Assembly (NCBI RefSeq): GCF_042678525.1
Contig: NZ_JBHTKY010000007.1
Origin: Sphingobacterium daejeonense
GTDB taxonomy: Bacteria; Bacteroidota; Bacteroidia; Sphingobacteriales; Sphingobacteriaceae
Length of the DNA: 32,000 nt
Strand: one strand, 5' to 3'
A program made the translations under genes and the position numbers. Numbering within the stretch: the first letter of the stretch is position 1; each line of letters starts with the position of its first letter. Shown in pieces: positions 18,401-26,018 of this stretch. The notes under the pieces were generated by a model. That model was not told the DNA's origin. It did no database searches and saw only the letters and a list, made by a program, of their open reading frames with translations.

Positions 18401-18539
18401 GGTATTCAGTGCTGGAGTATCGCTAAGGGTTAATTTGTTCGGTGCGATGATATTAGAACCTTATTACGCTATACAATTGAATAATCCTACTAGGGATAAA
18501 TTCGGAACATTTGGATTAAACTTTGCGCCAGGATGGTAG
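15417..18539 (+). CDS. Outer-membrane multidomain protein: signal peptide + MA-clan-like HExxH domain + PD40/TolB-type beta-propeller repeats + C-terminal Omp85/surface-antigen (D15) beta-barrel
   Basis: The signal peptide ends ..NQSEA. HELVH lies at aa 145-149 (nt 15849-15863), with downstream WMVEGMAEYF (gluzincin-like third ligand). PD40 repeats are SPDGKYVVFLS, SPDSKKFAFSV, WAPNGSLVAFSG, FSRDGKFIVFSTDR and FSSSGKEIYFLSN. The C-terminal barrel has LRGF, GNLELRLPF and a terminal aromatic residue (..NFAPGW). Confidence 0.7.
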   Translation: MRFNRQLFARIFSLSLVFTIFWTLFPNQSEAQYFGQNKMRYKKLDFKVYDTPHFNIYYYLQNDSMMNWFAKETEVWYELHQQVFQDTFLRKNPIILYNNHPEFQQTTAISGEISVGTGGVTEAFKQRVVMPIMQINQQTRHVLGHELVHAFQYRVLIEGGDSTRLENIANLPLWMVEGMAEYFSIGKKDAFTSMWMRDSYARNDLPSLRQMTEQSNKYFPYRYGQAFWSYVGSTYGDTVIMPLFIETAKYGYEAAIRRVFGYDAQTMGTLWKNSMENSYRNLGKDTTSNPIGKLLLSTKNAGRMNVSPAISPDGKYVVFLSEMDLFSIDLFLADAETGKVVRKLGSRLTNKDIDEFSFIESAGTFSPDSKKFAFSVFSEGKNKLMIVDIETGRTLSVEAMGDITEFTNITWAPNGSLVAFSGLKNGRSDIYTYDLESKSLSQLTDDKYSDFQPSFSRDGKFIVFSTDRMSLESSSRSVDIPMGLAVVDIATKQIREIPVFPGANNLNPHFSSSGKEIYFLSNSDGFRNMYKIVIETAQVERMTDFFTGISGITEYSPAMSVSANDDIIYSYFKNNAFTIYKAKSSEFESVPVDASTIDLQAAMLPPAQSRGVDVVNTNLNNFNAYGRISNSQISEIPYKPKFKLDYLANSGVGMSVGSRYGAGIASGVQGMFSDILGYNQIFAALNINGEIYDFGGQVAYINQRSRWNWGGSISHIPYRFGFFNYDQRDLGNGVEPVLDQYLVRSFQTQVDGFVAYPFNRHHRFETGAAASYNSYRVDRFTQSYYNYYGTRERVNNDEAAQALGVSNLDPFNLMQVNAGFVGDNAVFGIAAPLQGFRYRLGAEQYFGTFNFTALNIDLRKYQRIKPVTVAARVYSYMRMGDDADRLYNMYIGYPYMIRGFEANSFGPNSMIGFNDLSGSKMVVGNLELRLPFTGPEKLAVIPSGLLFSDLNLFIDGGLAWRNGSTIRWKKTDADKVSEVIDGVTYTGYNPNVTMPVFSAGVSLRVNLFGAMILEPYYAIQLNNPTRDKFGTFGLNFAPGW

Positions 18540-18585
18540 TCTAAAGTTATGTGAGGGTGATTTAGTGTAGGGTAAGGTTGTTAAG

Positions 18586-18624
18586 GCCGTTGTTTATAGC
18601 TTATGCATAAACAACGGCTTTTTT
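18586..18624 (+). terminator. Rho-independent terminator after the OMP gene (12-bp stem GCCGTTGTTTAT/ATAAACAACGGC, then TTTTTT)
   Basis: Read directly. The 3' arm and T-run overlap the last codons (KKAVVYA*) of the convergent GIY-YIG ORF. Confidence 0.8.
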
Positions 18625-18924
18625 ATTAGATCTTATTTTTGGTGTATTCGGACATAAGCTCAACCAGTTAGGATTCGCTTTGCGGATCAACCTTTCTTTT
18701 ACAATTCTGCCCATTGATGACAATTCTTTTAACCTCTTTTCTGCATCAGATTGGTTAAGGAATGTTTCTACCAATACAATCCTGTTCAACATGGCATAGG
18801 AAAACAAAGCAGGTTCATGGCTATTTTGCAAGTCATGGTAAACTGAGTTTAAGTCTTGACTAATGCCGGTCTGAAGGAACCTACGGTTCGAATCTGTTGC
18901 GATGTATGTATAGTATTTATTCAT
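18601..18924 (-). CDS. GIY-YIG nuclease superfamily small protein (UPF0213/YhbQ-like)
   Basis: KYYTYIATDSNRRFLQTGISQDLNSVYHDL aligns with the GIY...YIG...R..H core (YVYILtn....LYtGvTnDLerRl.eH). RIVLVETFLNQSDAEKRLKEL....VKERLIRKANPNW aligns with the ..YfE.f....A...Ek.iK.w.r.kK..LI...NP.W tail. Confidence 0.6.
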   Translation of the reverse strand: MNKYYTYIATDSNRRFLQTGISQDLNSVYHDLQNSHEPALFSYAMLNRIVLVETFLNQSDAEKRLKELSSMGRIVKERLIRKANPNWLSLCPNTPKIRSNKKAVVYA

Positions 18925-19035
18925 TTTATTCTTGTTTTAGCTAAATTATTTGGTAATTTGCGGACGTTTTGCTAATTTTATTGGTACAATAATACTAATA
19001 AATTTAGTAATTCAAAAATATATTGAAAAAATATT

Positions 19036-19809
19036 ATGGCAAATATCTCATCAAATCTTAAGTATCTTCGCAAGAAAAAAGGTCTTACTCAGCAACAGTT
19101 TGCTGATTTAATGGAAATTAAACGTGCTTCTGTAGGGGCTTATGAAGAGGATAGGGCGGAGCCAAAATATGAACTACTAAAAAAAATAGCAGAGTTCTAT
19201 GATTTAAGTATGGACGAATTGGCTAATGATGAGATTGATGATAAGTGGAAGCCTACGCCTAAGAGCAATGCTTCAAATTTGAGGGTATTGAGTGTGACTG
19301 TTGATTCGGATGACCGAGAAAACATCGAGCTTGTTCCAGTAAAAGCTAGTGCTGGTTATTTGAATGGTTATGCTGATCCGGAGTATGTGAGTGAATTGCC
19401 GAAATTCTCTTTACCGATGTTTAATCAAGGAACGTTTAGGGCATTTGAAATCAAAGGAGATTCTATGCTGCCATTGCCATCGGGATCTTTGATTATTTCA
19501 GAGTATGTTGAGAACTGGCATGATATCAAACCTGGACAGACATACATTGTTGTGTCGTCCAATGATGGAGTTGTATATAAAAGAATAGGGCAGAAGTTTA
19601 AGGAAGATAAAGGTCTTAAATTAGTTTCTGACAATAAAACGTATGAGCCTTATTGGGTTCCGGCCTCTGAGATTTTGGAAGTCTGGAAGGCAAAGGCTTT
19701 TGTTAGCACGGAGCTTCCTGAGCCAAACCCTGAACCGACTTTAGAAGCATTGTCATCGATGATGGCTCAGATGCAAAAGACTATTAATTCTGTTGTTGAC
19801 AAAAATTAA
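19036..19809 (+). CDS. XRE-family HTH + S24 (LexA/CI-like) self-cleaving peptidase domain transcriptional repressor
   Basis: N-terminal HTH_3 (LKYLRKKKGLTQQQFADLMEIKRASVGAYEEDRAEP). C-terminal S24 core with the catalytic Ser context (FEIKGDSMLP) and Lys context (VVYKRI). Confidence 0.8.
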   Translation: MANISSNLKYLRKKKGLTQQQFADLMEIKRASVGAYEEDRAEPKYELLKKIAEFYDLSMDELANDEIDDKWKPTPKSNASNLRVLSVTVDSDDRENIELVPVKASAGYLNGYADPEYVSELPKFSLPMFNQGTFRAFEIKGDSMLPLPSGSLIISEYVENWHDIKPGQTYIVVSSNDGVVYKRIGQKFKEDKGLKLVSDNKTYEPYWVPASEILEVWKAKAFVSTELPEPNPEPTLEALSSMMAQMQKTINSVVDKN

Positions 19810-19825
19810 CGTGGATTTAATATGC

Positions 19826-19857
19826 TTTGCAATTAATAAATAATTTTTGTACCTTTG
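19826..19857 (+). promoter_or_regulatory. Candidate Bacteroidetes-type sigma-A promoter (-33 TTTG at 19826-19829; -7 TAccTTTG at 19850-19857)
   Basis: TACCTTTG matches the TAnnTTTG -7 consensus exactly, and a TTTG lies 20 nt upstream. Located between the stop of the XRE-S24 gene and rimP. Motif match only. Confidence 0.4.
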
Positions 19858-19873
19858 TACTATCTGAAAGGAA

Positions 19874-19898
19874 GGGGGCATGGTATGCCCCCTTTTTT
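19874..19898 (+). terminator. Intrinsic terminator hairpin (GGGGGCAT-GGT-ATGCCCCC + TTTTTT), 17 nt upstream of the rimP ATG
   Basis: Read directly: a perfect 8-bp GC-rich stem, a 3-nt loop and a T6 run. Confidence 0.85.
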
Positions 19899-19915
19899 AA
19901 TTCATTTTTTAAAAT

Positions 19916-20380
19916 ATGCAGGTTGAAAATCGAGTAATCGAATTAGTAGAAGAAAAAATTGCCGACAGACCGGATTTATTTATTGTTAGCGTTCGCTTCC
20001 TGAACAATGGCGTTTTAGAAATTCTTTTGGATGGTGATAATGGGATTGCGATTGAGGATTGCGTACAAGTAAGTCGTCACGTTGGTTACCACTTGGAAGA
20101 GGAGAATGTGATTGATAGAGCTTATCGTTTAGAGGTGTCGTCTCCAGGAATTGACTCTCCATTGTTGTTGAACAGACAATATGAGAAAAACGTGGGTCGT
20201 GATGTTAAGGTGAAGTTGTTGGATGGTACTAAAAAGGAAGGTCAATTACTATCGGTTACCGACTCAGCAATCAGCATCGAAGAAAAAGTAAAAGAAAAAG
20301 GAAAGAAAGCTGTTTTAGTACAGACGGAAATTCCATTAGATCAAATAAAGGAAACAAAGGTGTTAATTTCATTTAAATAA
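19916..20380 (+). CDS. rimP: Ribosome maturation factor RimP
   Basis: Conserved RLEVSSPGIDSPL motif, size, and position immediately upstream of nusA. Confidence 0.9.
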   Translation: MQVENRVIELVEEKIADRPDLFIVSVRFLNNGVLEILLDGDNGIAIEDCVQVSRHVGYHLEEENVIDRAYRLEVSSPGIDSPLLLNRQYEKNVGRDVKVKLLDGTKKEGQLLSVTDSAISIEEKVKEKGKKAVLVQTEIPLDQIKETKVLISFK

Positions 20381-20382
20381 GA

Positions 20383-21621
20383 ATGAGTACTAATATAAAC
20401 TTGATAGACTCGTTTCAGGAGTTCAAAGACTTCAAGAACATTGACCGTCCAACAGTAATTACTGTATTGGAGGAGGTGTTCCGCAGTATGATTCGTAAAC
20501 GTTTCGGTACAGATGAGAACGTGGACGTAATTGTAAACCCAGATAATGGTGACTTAGAGATTTGGCGTACGCGTGTTGTAATGGAAGATGGTTTCTCTGA
20601 GGATGATGATTTGGAAATTGAATTGGAGGAAGCTCATAAATACGATCCTGACTTAGAGGTGGGAGATGATTACATTGAGCAGATTACTTTGGAGAGTTTC
20701 GGAAGACGCGCAATTTTAGCAGCACGTCAGACATTAGTTTCTAAGATCCTTGAGCTTGAAAAAGATGAGGTATTCAAGAAGTATAAAGATCGCGAAGGCG
20801 AATTAGTTATCGGAGAGGTTTATCAGATTTGGAAAAAAGAGATTCTTGTATTGGATGAAGATGGCAACGAATTGATCCTTCCAAAAAATGAGCAAATCCC
20901 AGCTGATTATTTCAAAAAAGGAGATAGTATCCGTGCGGTTGTGGACAAGGTAGATATGATGAATAATAATCCTAAGATTATTATTTCACGTACAGCACCT
21001 GAGTTCTTGCAGAGATTATTTGAGCTTGAGGTTCCTGAGATTTTCGACGGATTGATTACAATCAAGAAAATCGTTCGTGAACCAGGAGAGCGTGCAAAGG
21101 TAGCTGTAGAGTCTTATGATGATCGTATTGATCCAGTAGGAGCATGTGTGGGTATGAAGGGTTCCCGTATTCACGGTATCGTTCGCGAGCTACGTAATGA
21201 GAATATAGATGTAATAAACTTTACGACTAACCACTCATTATATATTACTCGTGCATTGAGTCCTGCTCGTATCACATCGATCAAGATTGACGAAGACAAC
21301 AAAACTGCTGCGGTTTATTTGAAGCCGGATCAAGTATCCTTGGCTATCGGCCGTGGTGGTCACAATATTAAATTGGCTGGTAAATTGACTGGCTATGAAA
21401 TCGATGTTTACCGTGAGAGCGGAGAAGAAGAGGAGGATGTGGACATTGAAGAATTTGCAGATGAAATCGACGGATGGATTATCGACGAGTTTAAACGCGT
21501 TGGTTTAGATACAGCAAGGTCTGTATTGGCATTGTCCGAAGAAGAGCTTATAAGACGTACCGATTTAGAGGAAGACACAATTCGCGAAATCGTACGTATT
21601 TTACAAGCTGAATTCGAATAA
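20383..21621 (+). CDS. nusA: Transcription termination/antitermination factor NusA
   Basis: N-terminal RNAP-binding domain, S1 domain (GELVIGEVYQIWKKEILV) and two KH domains (VGACVGMKGSRIHGIVREL; LAIGRGGHNIKLAGKLTG). Confidence 0.95.
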   Translation: MSTNINLIDSFQEFKDFKNIDRPTVITVLEEVFRSMIRKRFGTDENVDVIVNPDNGDLEIWRTRVVMEDGFSEDDDLEIELEEAHKYDPDLEVGDDYIEQITLESFGRRAILAARQTLVSKILELEKDEVFKKYKDREGELVIGEVYQIWKKEILVLDEDGNELILPKNEQIPADYFKKGDSIRAVVDKVDMMNNNPKIIISRTAPEFLQRLFELEVPEIFDGLITIKKIVREPGERAKVAVESYDDRIDPVGACVGMKGSRIHGIVRELRNENIDVINFTTNHSLYITRALSPARITSIKIDEDNKTAAVYLKPDQVSLAIGRGGHNIKLAGKLTGYEIDVYRESGEEEEDVDIEEFADEIDGWIIDEFKRVGLDTARSVLALSEEELIRRTDLEEDTIREIVRILQAEFE

Positions 21622-21723
21622 TAAAATATTCGGGTTAGAGGGTTTAACAATTTATAATAAATTGTTAAATCCTTGTAAAAAAACATATTTTTGTAGTACG
21701 AAATTATATTTAGAAGATAGTAG

Positions 21724-24700
21724 ATGACAGAAGGTAAAAGTATAAACTTGCTTAAAGCTGCGAAAGAGCTCAACATTGGAATAGGCACAGCGGTAGAATA
21801 TTTGGTTAAGAAAGGGTTTGATGTAGACTCTAAGCCAAGTTCTAAGTTGAGCCCTGAGATGTATGGGGTTCTTTTGAAGGAATTTCAGGGTGATAAGATT
21901 GTTAAAGACGAGGCTAAACAAATAGTTATCGGCAAGATTCGCCGTGAAGAAGGTCCAGCCACAGGCACAGCAAGTTCAAACCCTGAATCTACTGAAGAAA
22001 AGGAAAGTCCTGCTGAGGTTAAAGAAATCTTAATTAAGAATAATGCATCAACAGAGTCTACACCTGTTGCTGAAGAACCGAAGAAGGAAGAGGGAGGATC
22101 ATCTCCACTTAAAGTAGTTGGGAAGATCGATTTGGATAGCTTGAAGCGAGGAAAACCTGCACCAAAAGCTGAAGAAAAAGTCGAGAAACCAACAGAACCT
22201 GCTCCAAAGGCAGAGGTTAAGAAAGAAGAAGCTCCTGTTGCGAAACCAGTAGAAGAACCGAAAAAAGAAGAAGCACCGAAAGTAGAAGAGAAGAAACCTG
22301 TAGTTCAGGAGCCTGCAAAACCTGCACAACCTGTTCAACAAGCAAAACCTGTTCAACCGGAAAAAGCTGCTCAGCCAGAGAAAACTGAGCATACTGAAAA
22401 ACCTGAGAAATCAGAAAAGACAGAAAAACAACCTGTAGAGGTGAAAAAAAATATAGAAGTTGAAAAGCCTGCTGCAAAAGCAGAACCGACTGACGATGTT
22501 ATACGCGCTCGCTCGGAAACCTTAAGTGGCCCTAAAGTAGTTGGTAAAATCCAATTACCTGTTGCAAAACCACACAAACCAGTTGCTTCATCATCGAACA
22601 ATGCTGGTGGAAATCAAGACAACAAGCGTAAGCGCAAGCGTACTAACAAACCTAATACTCCGCATGGAGGACAGGGTAACCAAGGTGGTTATGGACAAAA
22701 CCAAGGTCAAGGCCAGGGTCAAGGTCAAGGTAACAGACAAGATGGTGGAAACCGTCCTCAACACCAAGGTCAAGGTCAACAAGGCAATAGACAAGATGGT
22801 GGAAATCGTCCTCCTCACCAAGGTGGAAATAGACCAAACCGTGGTAATCACCCTAACAATGACCGCCATGGAAACAATAGAGGTCGCAACGATAGAAACA
22901 GAAAGCCTGATACCCCGAAGGAAGAACCTTCAGAAAAAGAGATCCAAGATCAAATCAAGGCAACACTTGCTCGTTTGAGTGGTGCTGGTAAATCTGGTAA
23001 ATTCGCTCAACGTGCGAAACTGCGCCGCCAAAAACGTGATGATATAGCATTGTCAGCAGAAGAGGCAGCAATGGAGCAAGAAGCACAATCTAAAGTATTG
23101 CGCGTAACAGAATTCGTTACTGCCAACGAATTGGCAAATCTAATGGATGTTCCGGTTACTCAAGTTATTGCAACTTGTATGAGCTTAGGTATGTTCGTGT
23201 CGATCAACCAACGTTTGGATGCAGAAACTTTAGCGATCGTTGCTGATGAATTTGGATTCCAAATAGAATTTATCAAACCGGAGGATGAAGAGACTACCGA
23301 ATTGGAAGAGGCAGACAATACTAGCCGTCTAGTTCCAAGAGCTCCAATCGTAACTGTAATGGGTCACGTTGACCACGGTAAAACATCATTACTAGATTAT
23401 ATCCGTAAGGCTAATGTTACCAAAGGTGAAGCGGGTGGTATTACTCAGCACATCGGTGCATATGCAGTACAATTAGAAGGTGGTAAAAAGATTACATTCT
23501 TGGATACACCAGGTCACGAAGCCTTTACGGCGATGCGTGCTCGTGGTGCTCAAGTAACAGATATCGTTATTATCGTTATCGCTGCGGATGATGCCGTGAT
23601 GCCTCAAACAAAAGAAGCAATCAACCACGCTATGGCTGCAGGAGTACCTATTGTATTCGCATTCACTAAAGTGGATAAACCAGGAGCAAATGCTGATAAG
23701 ATCCGTGAGCAATTGTCAATGATGAATATCTTGGTTGAAGATTGGGGTGGTAAATACCAAGCTCAAGAGATTTCAGCTAAAACAGGTGAGAATGTTGACC
23801 TATTGCTTGAAAAAGTATTATTAGAAGCGGAATTATTAGAATTGCATGCTGACCCTGAAAAACGTGCGGCTGGTTCTGTAATTGAAGCTGCATTAGATAA
23901 AGGTAGAGGTATTGTAACTACTGTATTAGTTCAAGGTGGTACTTTGAAAATTGGAGATCCAATTCTTGCAGGTTCATACTCTGGTAAGGTTAAAGCTTTG
24001 ACCAATGAGAGAGGTGAGCGTGTGAAAGAAGCAGGACCTTCGATGCCAGTTCAAATCTTAGGTATGTCTGGTGCTCCAACAGCGGGTGATAAACTTTACG
24101 TTATGGAAAGTGAATCTGAAGCTCGTCAAGTAGCAAACAAACGTCTGCAACTTCAGCGTGAGCAAGGTATGCGTGCTACGAAACACATCACATTGGATGA
24201 AATCGGAAGACGTCTTGCAATCGGAAACTTTAAAGAACTTAATATTATCGTTAAAGGTGATGTGGATGGTTCTATCGAGGCATTGTCAGATTCATTATTG
24301 AAACTTTCAACTGATGAGATTCAGGTTAATATCATTCACAAATCAGTTGGTGCGATTTCAGAATCCGACGTATTGTTAGCTTCAGCATCTGATGCGATCA
24401 TTATCGGTTTCCAAGTACGTCCTACTCAAAATGCTCGTAAGCTTGCTGAGAACGAACAAATCGATATACGTCTGTACTCAATCATCTATGATGCGATTGA
24501 AGAGATCAAATCAGCGATGGAAGGTATGTTGGCTCCGAAACTTGAAGAGAAAATCGTTGCGGAAGTTGAAATCCGTGAGGTGTTCAAGATTTCCAAAGTT
24601 GGCTCAATTGCAGGATGTATGGTATTGGATGGTAAAATCAACCGTAACAATGAGATCCGTATTATCAGGGATGGCGTTGTTATCCATACAGGTAAGTTAG

Positions 24701-24843
24701 CTTCATTGAAACGTTTCAAAGATGACGTAAAAGAAGTATCTCAAGGTTATGAGTGTGGTTTGAGTATTGAAAGATTCAATGATATCCAAGAAAAAGATAT
24801 CGTGGAAGCATTCGAACAAGTAGAAGTAAAACGTAAGCTTTAA
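21724..24843 (+). CDS. infB: Translation initiation factor IF-2, with a long low-complexity K/E/P/A- and G/N/Q/R-rich N-terminal extension
   Basis: G domain motifs [20 protein letters not shown] and TKVDK, plus the conserved C-terminal domains. A nearly exact 36-nt duplication at 22735-22770 and 22789-22824 encodes [11 protein letters not shown]. Confidence 0.95.
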   Translation: MTEGKSINLLKAAKELNIGIGTAVEYLVKKGFDVDSKPSSKLSPEMYGVLLKEFQGDKIVKDEAKQIVIGKIRREEGPATGTASSNPESTEEKESPAEVKEILIKNNASTESTPVAEEPKKEEGGSSPLKVVGKIDLDSLKRGKPAPKAEEKVEKPTEPAPKAEVKKEEAPVAKPVEEPKKEEAPKVEEKKPVVQEPAKPAQPVQQAKPVQPEKAAQPEKTEHTEKPEKSEKTEKQPVEVKKNIEVEKPAAKAEPTDDVIRARSETLSGPKVVGKIQLPVAKPHKPVASSSNNAGGNQDNKRKRKRTNKPNTPHGGQGNQGGYGQNQGQGQGQGQGNRQDGGNRPQHQGQGQQGNRQDGGNRPPHQGGNRPNRGNHPNNDRHGNNRGRNDRNRKPDTPKEEPSEKEIQDQIKATLARLSGAGKSGKFAQRAKLRRQKRDDIALSAEEAAMEQEAQSKVLRVTEFVTANELANLMDVPVTQVIATCMSLGMFVSINQRLDAETLAIVADEFGFQIEFIKPEDEETTELEEADNTSRLVPRAPIVTVMGHVDHGKTSLLDYIRKANVTKGEAGGITQHIGAYAVQLEGGKKITFLDTPGHEAFTAMRARGAQVTDIVIIVIAADDAVMPQTKEAINHAMAAGVPIVFAFTKVDKPGANADKIREQLSMMNILVEDWGGKYQAQEISAKTGENVDLLLEKVLLEAELLELHADPEKRAAGSVIEAALDKGRGIVTTVLVQGGTLKIGDPILAGSYSGKVKALTNERGERVKEAGPSMPVQILGMSGAPTAGDKLYVMESESEARQVANKRLQLQREQGMRATKHITLDEIGRRLAIGNFKELNIIVKGDVDGSIEALSDSLLKLSTDEIQVNIIHKSVGAISESDVLLASASDAIIIGFQVRPTQNARKLAENEQIDIRLYSIIYDAIEEIKSAMEGMLAPKLEEKIVAEVEIREVFKISKVGSIAGCMVLDGKINRNNEIRIIRDGVVIHTGKLASLKRFKDDVKEVSQGYECGLSIERFNDIQEKDIVEAFEQVEVKRKL

Positions 24844-24866
24844 TTAGTTTACAACAAAATAAATAC

Positions 24867-24899
24867 AGAGGTTTAGTCTATGGCTAAACCTCTTTTTAT
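24867..24899 (+). terminator. Rho-independent terminator after infB (AGAGGTTTAG-loop-CTAAACCTCT + TTTTTATT)
   Basis: Read directly: a perfect 10-bp stem, a 7-nt loop and a T-run. Confidence 0.85.
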
Positions 24900-24971
24900 T
24901 ATCCTTAATTTTAATATCCTATCAACTCTTTCTATTTGAAAAATCTCTTTGAAGGTGGTATCTTTAGAACC

Positions 24972-26015
24972 ATGTTTACATTCAGGATATCCGAGATTAT
25001 TCAACAACCTAATCATAATATTTCCATTCGCTTTAAGGATGAATCAGGAAATTTTCCAGCCTATAAGGCTGGTCAGTTTCTGACCTTGGCTTTTGAGTTT
25101 GGTGATCGTGAAGTGAGACGGTCGTACTCGTTTTCGAGTTCACCATTTATTGATGAACCATATGAGATTACAGTAAAAAGAGTGGACAATGGTGAAATCT
25201 CGAGATTACTCCACCACAGAACTGAGGTAGGAGCAGAAATTCAAGTAATGGATCCACAAGGAATTTTTACTTACGAACCATCGGAGAATAATACAAATAC
25301 AATATTTTTATTTGGCGCTGGAGTCGGTGTAACGCCTCTCTATTCTATTTTGAAATCGGCGTTGGTTGCTGAAAGCAATAGTAAAGTTGTTTTGGTCTAT
25401 AGTAATAGTTCTAAAGAACAGACAATTTTCTATGAGGAGCTATTAAAGTGGCAAGAGAAATATCCAGATAGGTTACATATTGAGTTTATTTGGTCAAATA
25501 CCAAAAATCTTATGAAAGCAAGATTGAATAGGGAATATATCATCGATCTTGTGAAAGCGCAATTGAATGGTTCTACGGATGCTGTTTTTTATACCTGTGG
25601 GCCTTTGTTCTATATGGACTTGGTGCGATTTACCTTGTTGGGTATGGGCTTTCCGGAAGATACTATCAAAAGAGAAACCTTCCATTTTCCAGAAGAGGAA
25701 GAAGACGACGATGAAAAGGAAGAGGAACCTGTAGACATGACCAGCTATGATATTGTATTGAAATTCCAAGGCAATGAATATCCGCTAACCATTCCATATA
25801 ATAAAACGGTATTGGATGTAGGCTTAGAACATAATTTGAAACTTCCATATTCTTGTAAATCAGGAATGTGTAGTACTTGTATTTCGCAAGTTACCAAAGG
25901 TGCCGTGCGAATGGATTATAATGAAGTTTTGACAGATAGGGAAGTGGATAATGGTAGATGTTTGATTTGTACCTCACATCCGCTTGAGAATGGGACAACT
26001 ATAGAAGTATTTTAG
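24972..26015 (+). CDS. Flavodoxin/ferredoxin-NADP reductase-family oxidoreductase with C-terminal plant-type [2Fe-2S] ferredoxin domain (PaaE/phthalate dioxygenase reductase-like)
   Basis: FAD motif RSYSFSS, NAD(P) motif FLFGAGVGVTPLYS, acidic linker EEEEDDDEKEEE and [2Fe-2S] ligands CKSGMCSTC...C(LIC). Start set at the ATG at 24972, because the track start at 24936 is TTG. Confidence 0.8.
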   Translation: MFTFRISEIIQQPNHNISIRFKDESGNFPAYKAGQFLTLAFEFGDREVRRSYSFSSSPFIDEPYEITVKRVDNGEISRLLHHRTEVGAEIQVMDPQGIFTYEPSENNTNTIFLFGAGVGVTPLYSILKSALVAESNSKVVLVYSNSSKEQTIFYEELLKWQEKYPDRLHIEFIWSNTKNLMKARLNREYIIDLVKAQLNGSTDAVFYTCGPLFYMDLVRFTLLGMGFPEDTIKRETFHFPEEEEDDDEKEEEPVDMTSYDIVLKFQGNEYPLTIPYNKTVLDVGLEHNLKLPYSCKSGMCSTCISQVTKGAVRMDYNEVLTDREVDNGRCLICTSHPLENGTTIEVF

Positions 26016-26018
26016 AAA

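Noticed and set aside
22099-22978. Cluster of overlapping ORFs on both strands (22099-22392, 22217-22477, 22371-22601, 22541-22978, 22591-22869, 22652-22837)
   Set aside because: All lie inside the low-complexity K/E/P and G/N/Q-rich N-terminal region of infB. Repetitive codon composition keeps alternative frames open. These ORFs have no motifs and biased, repetitive composition.
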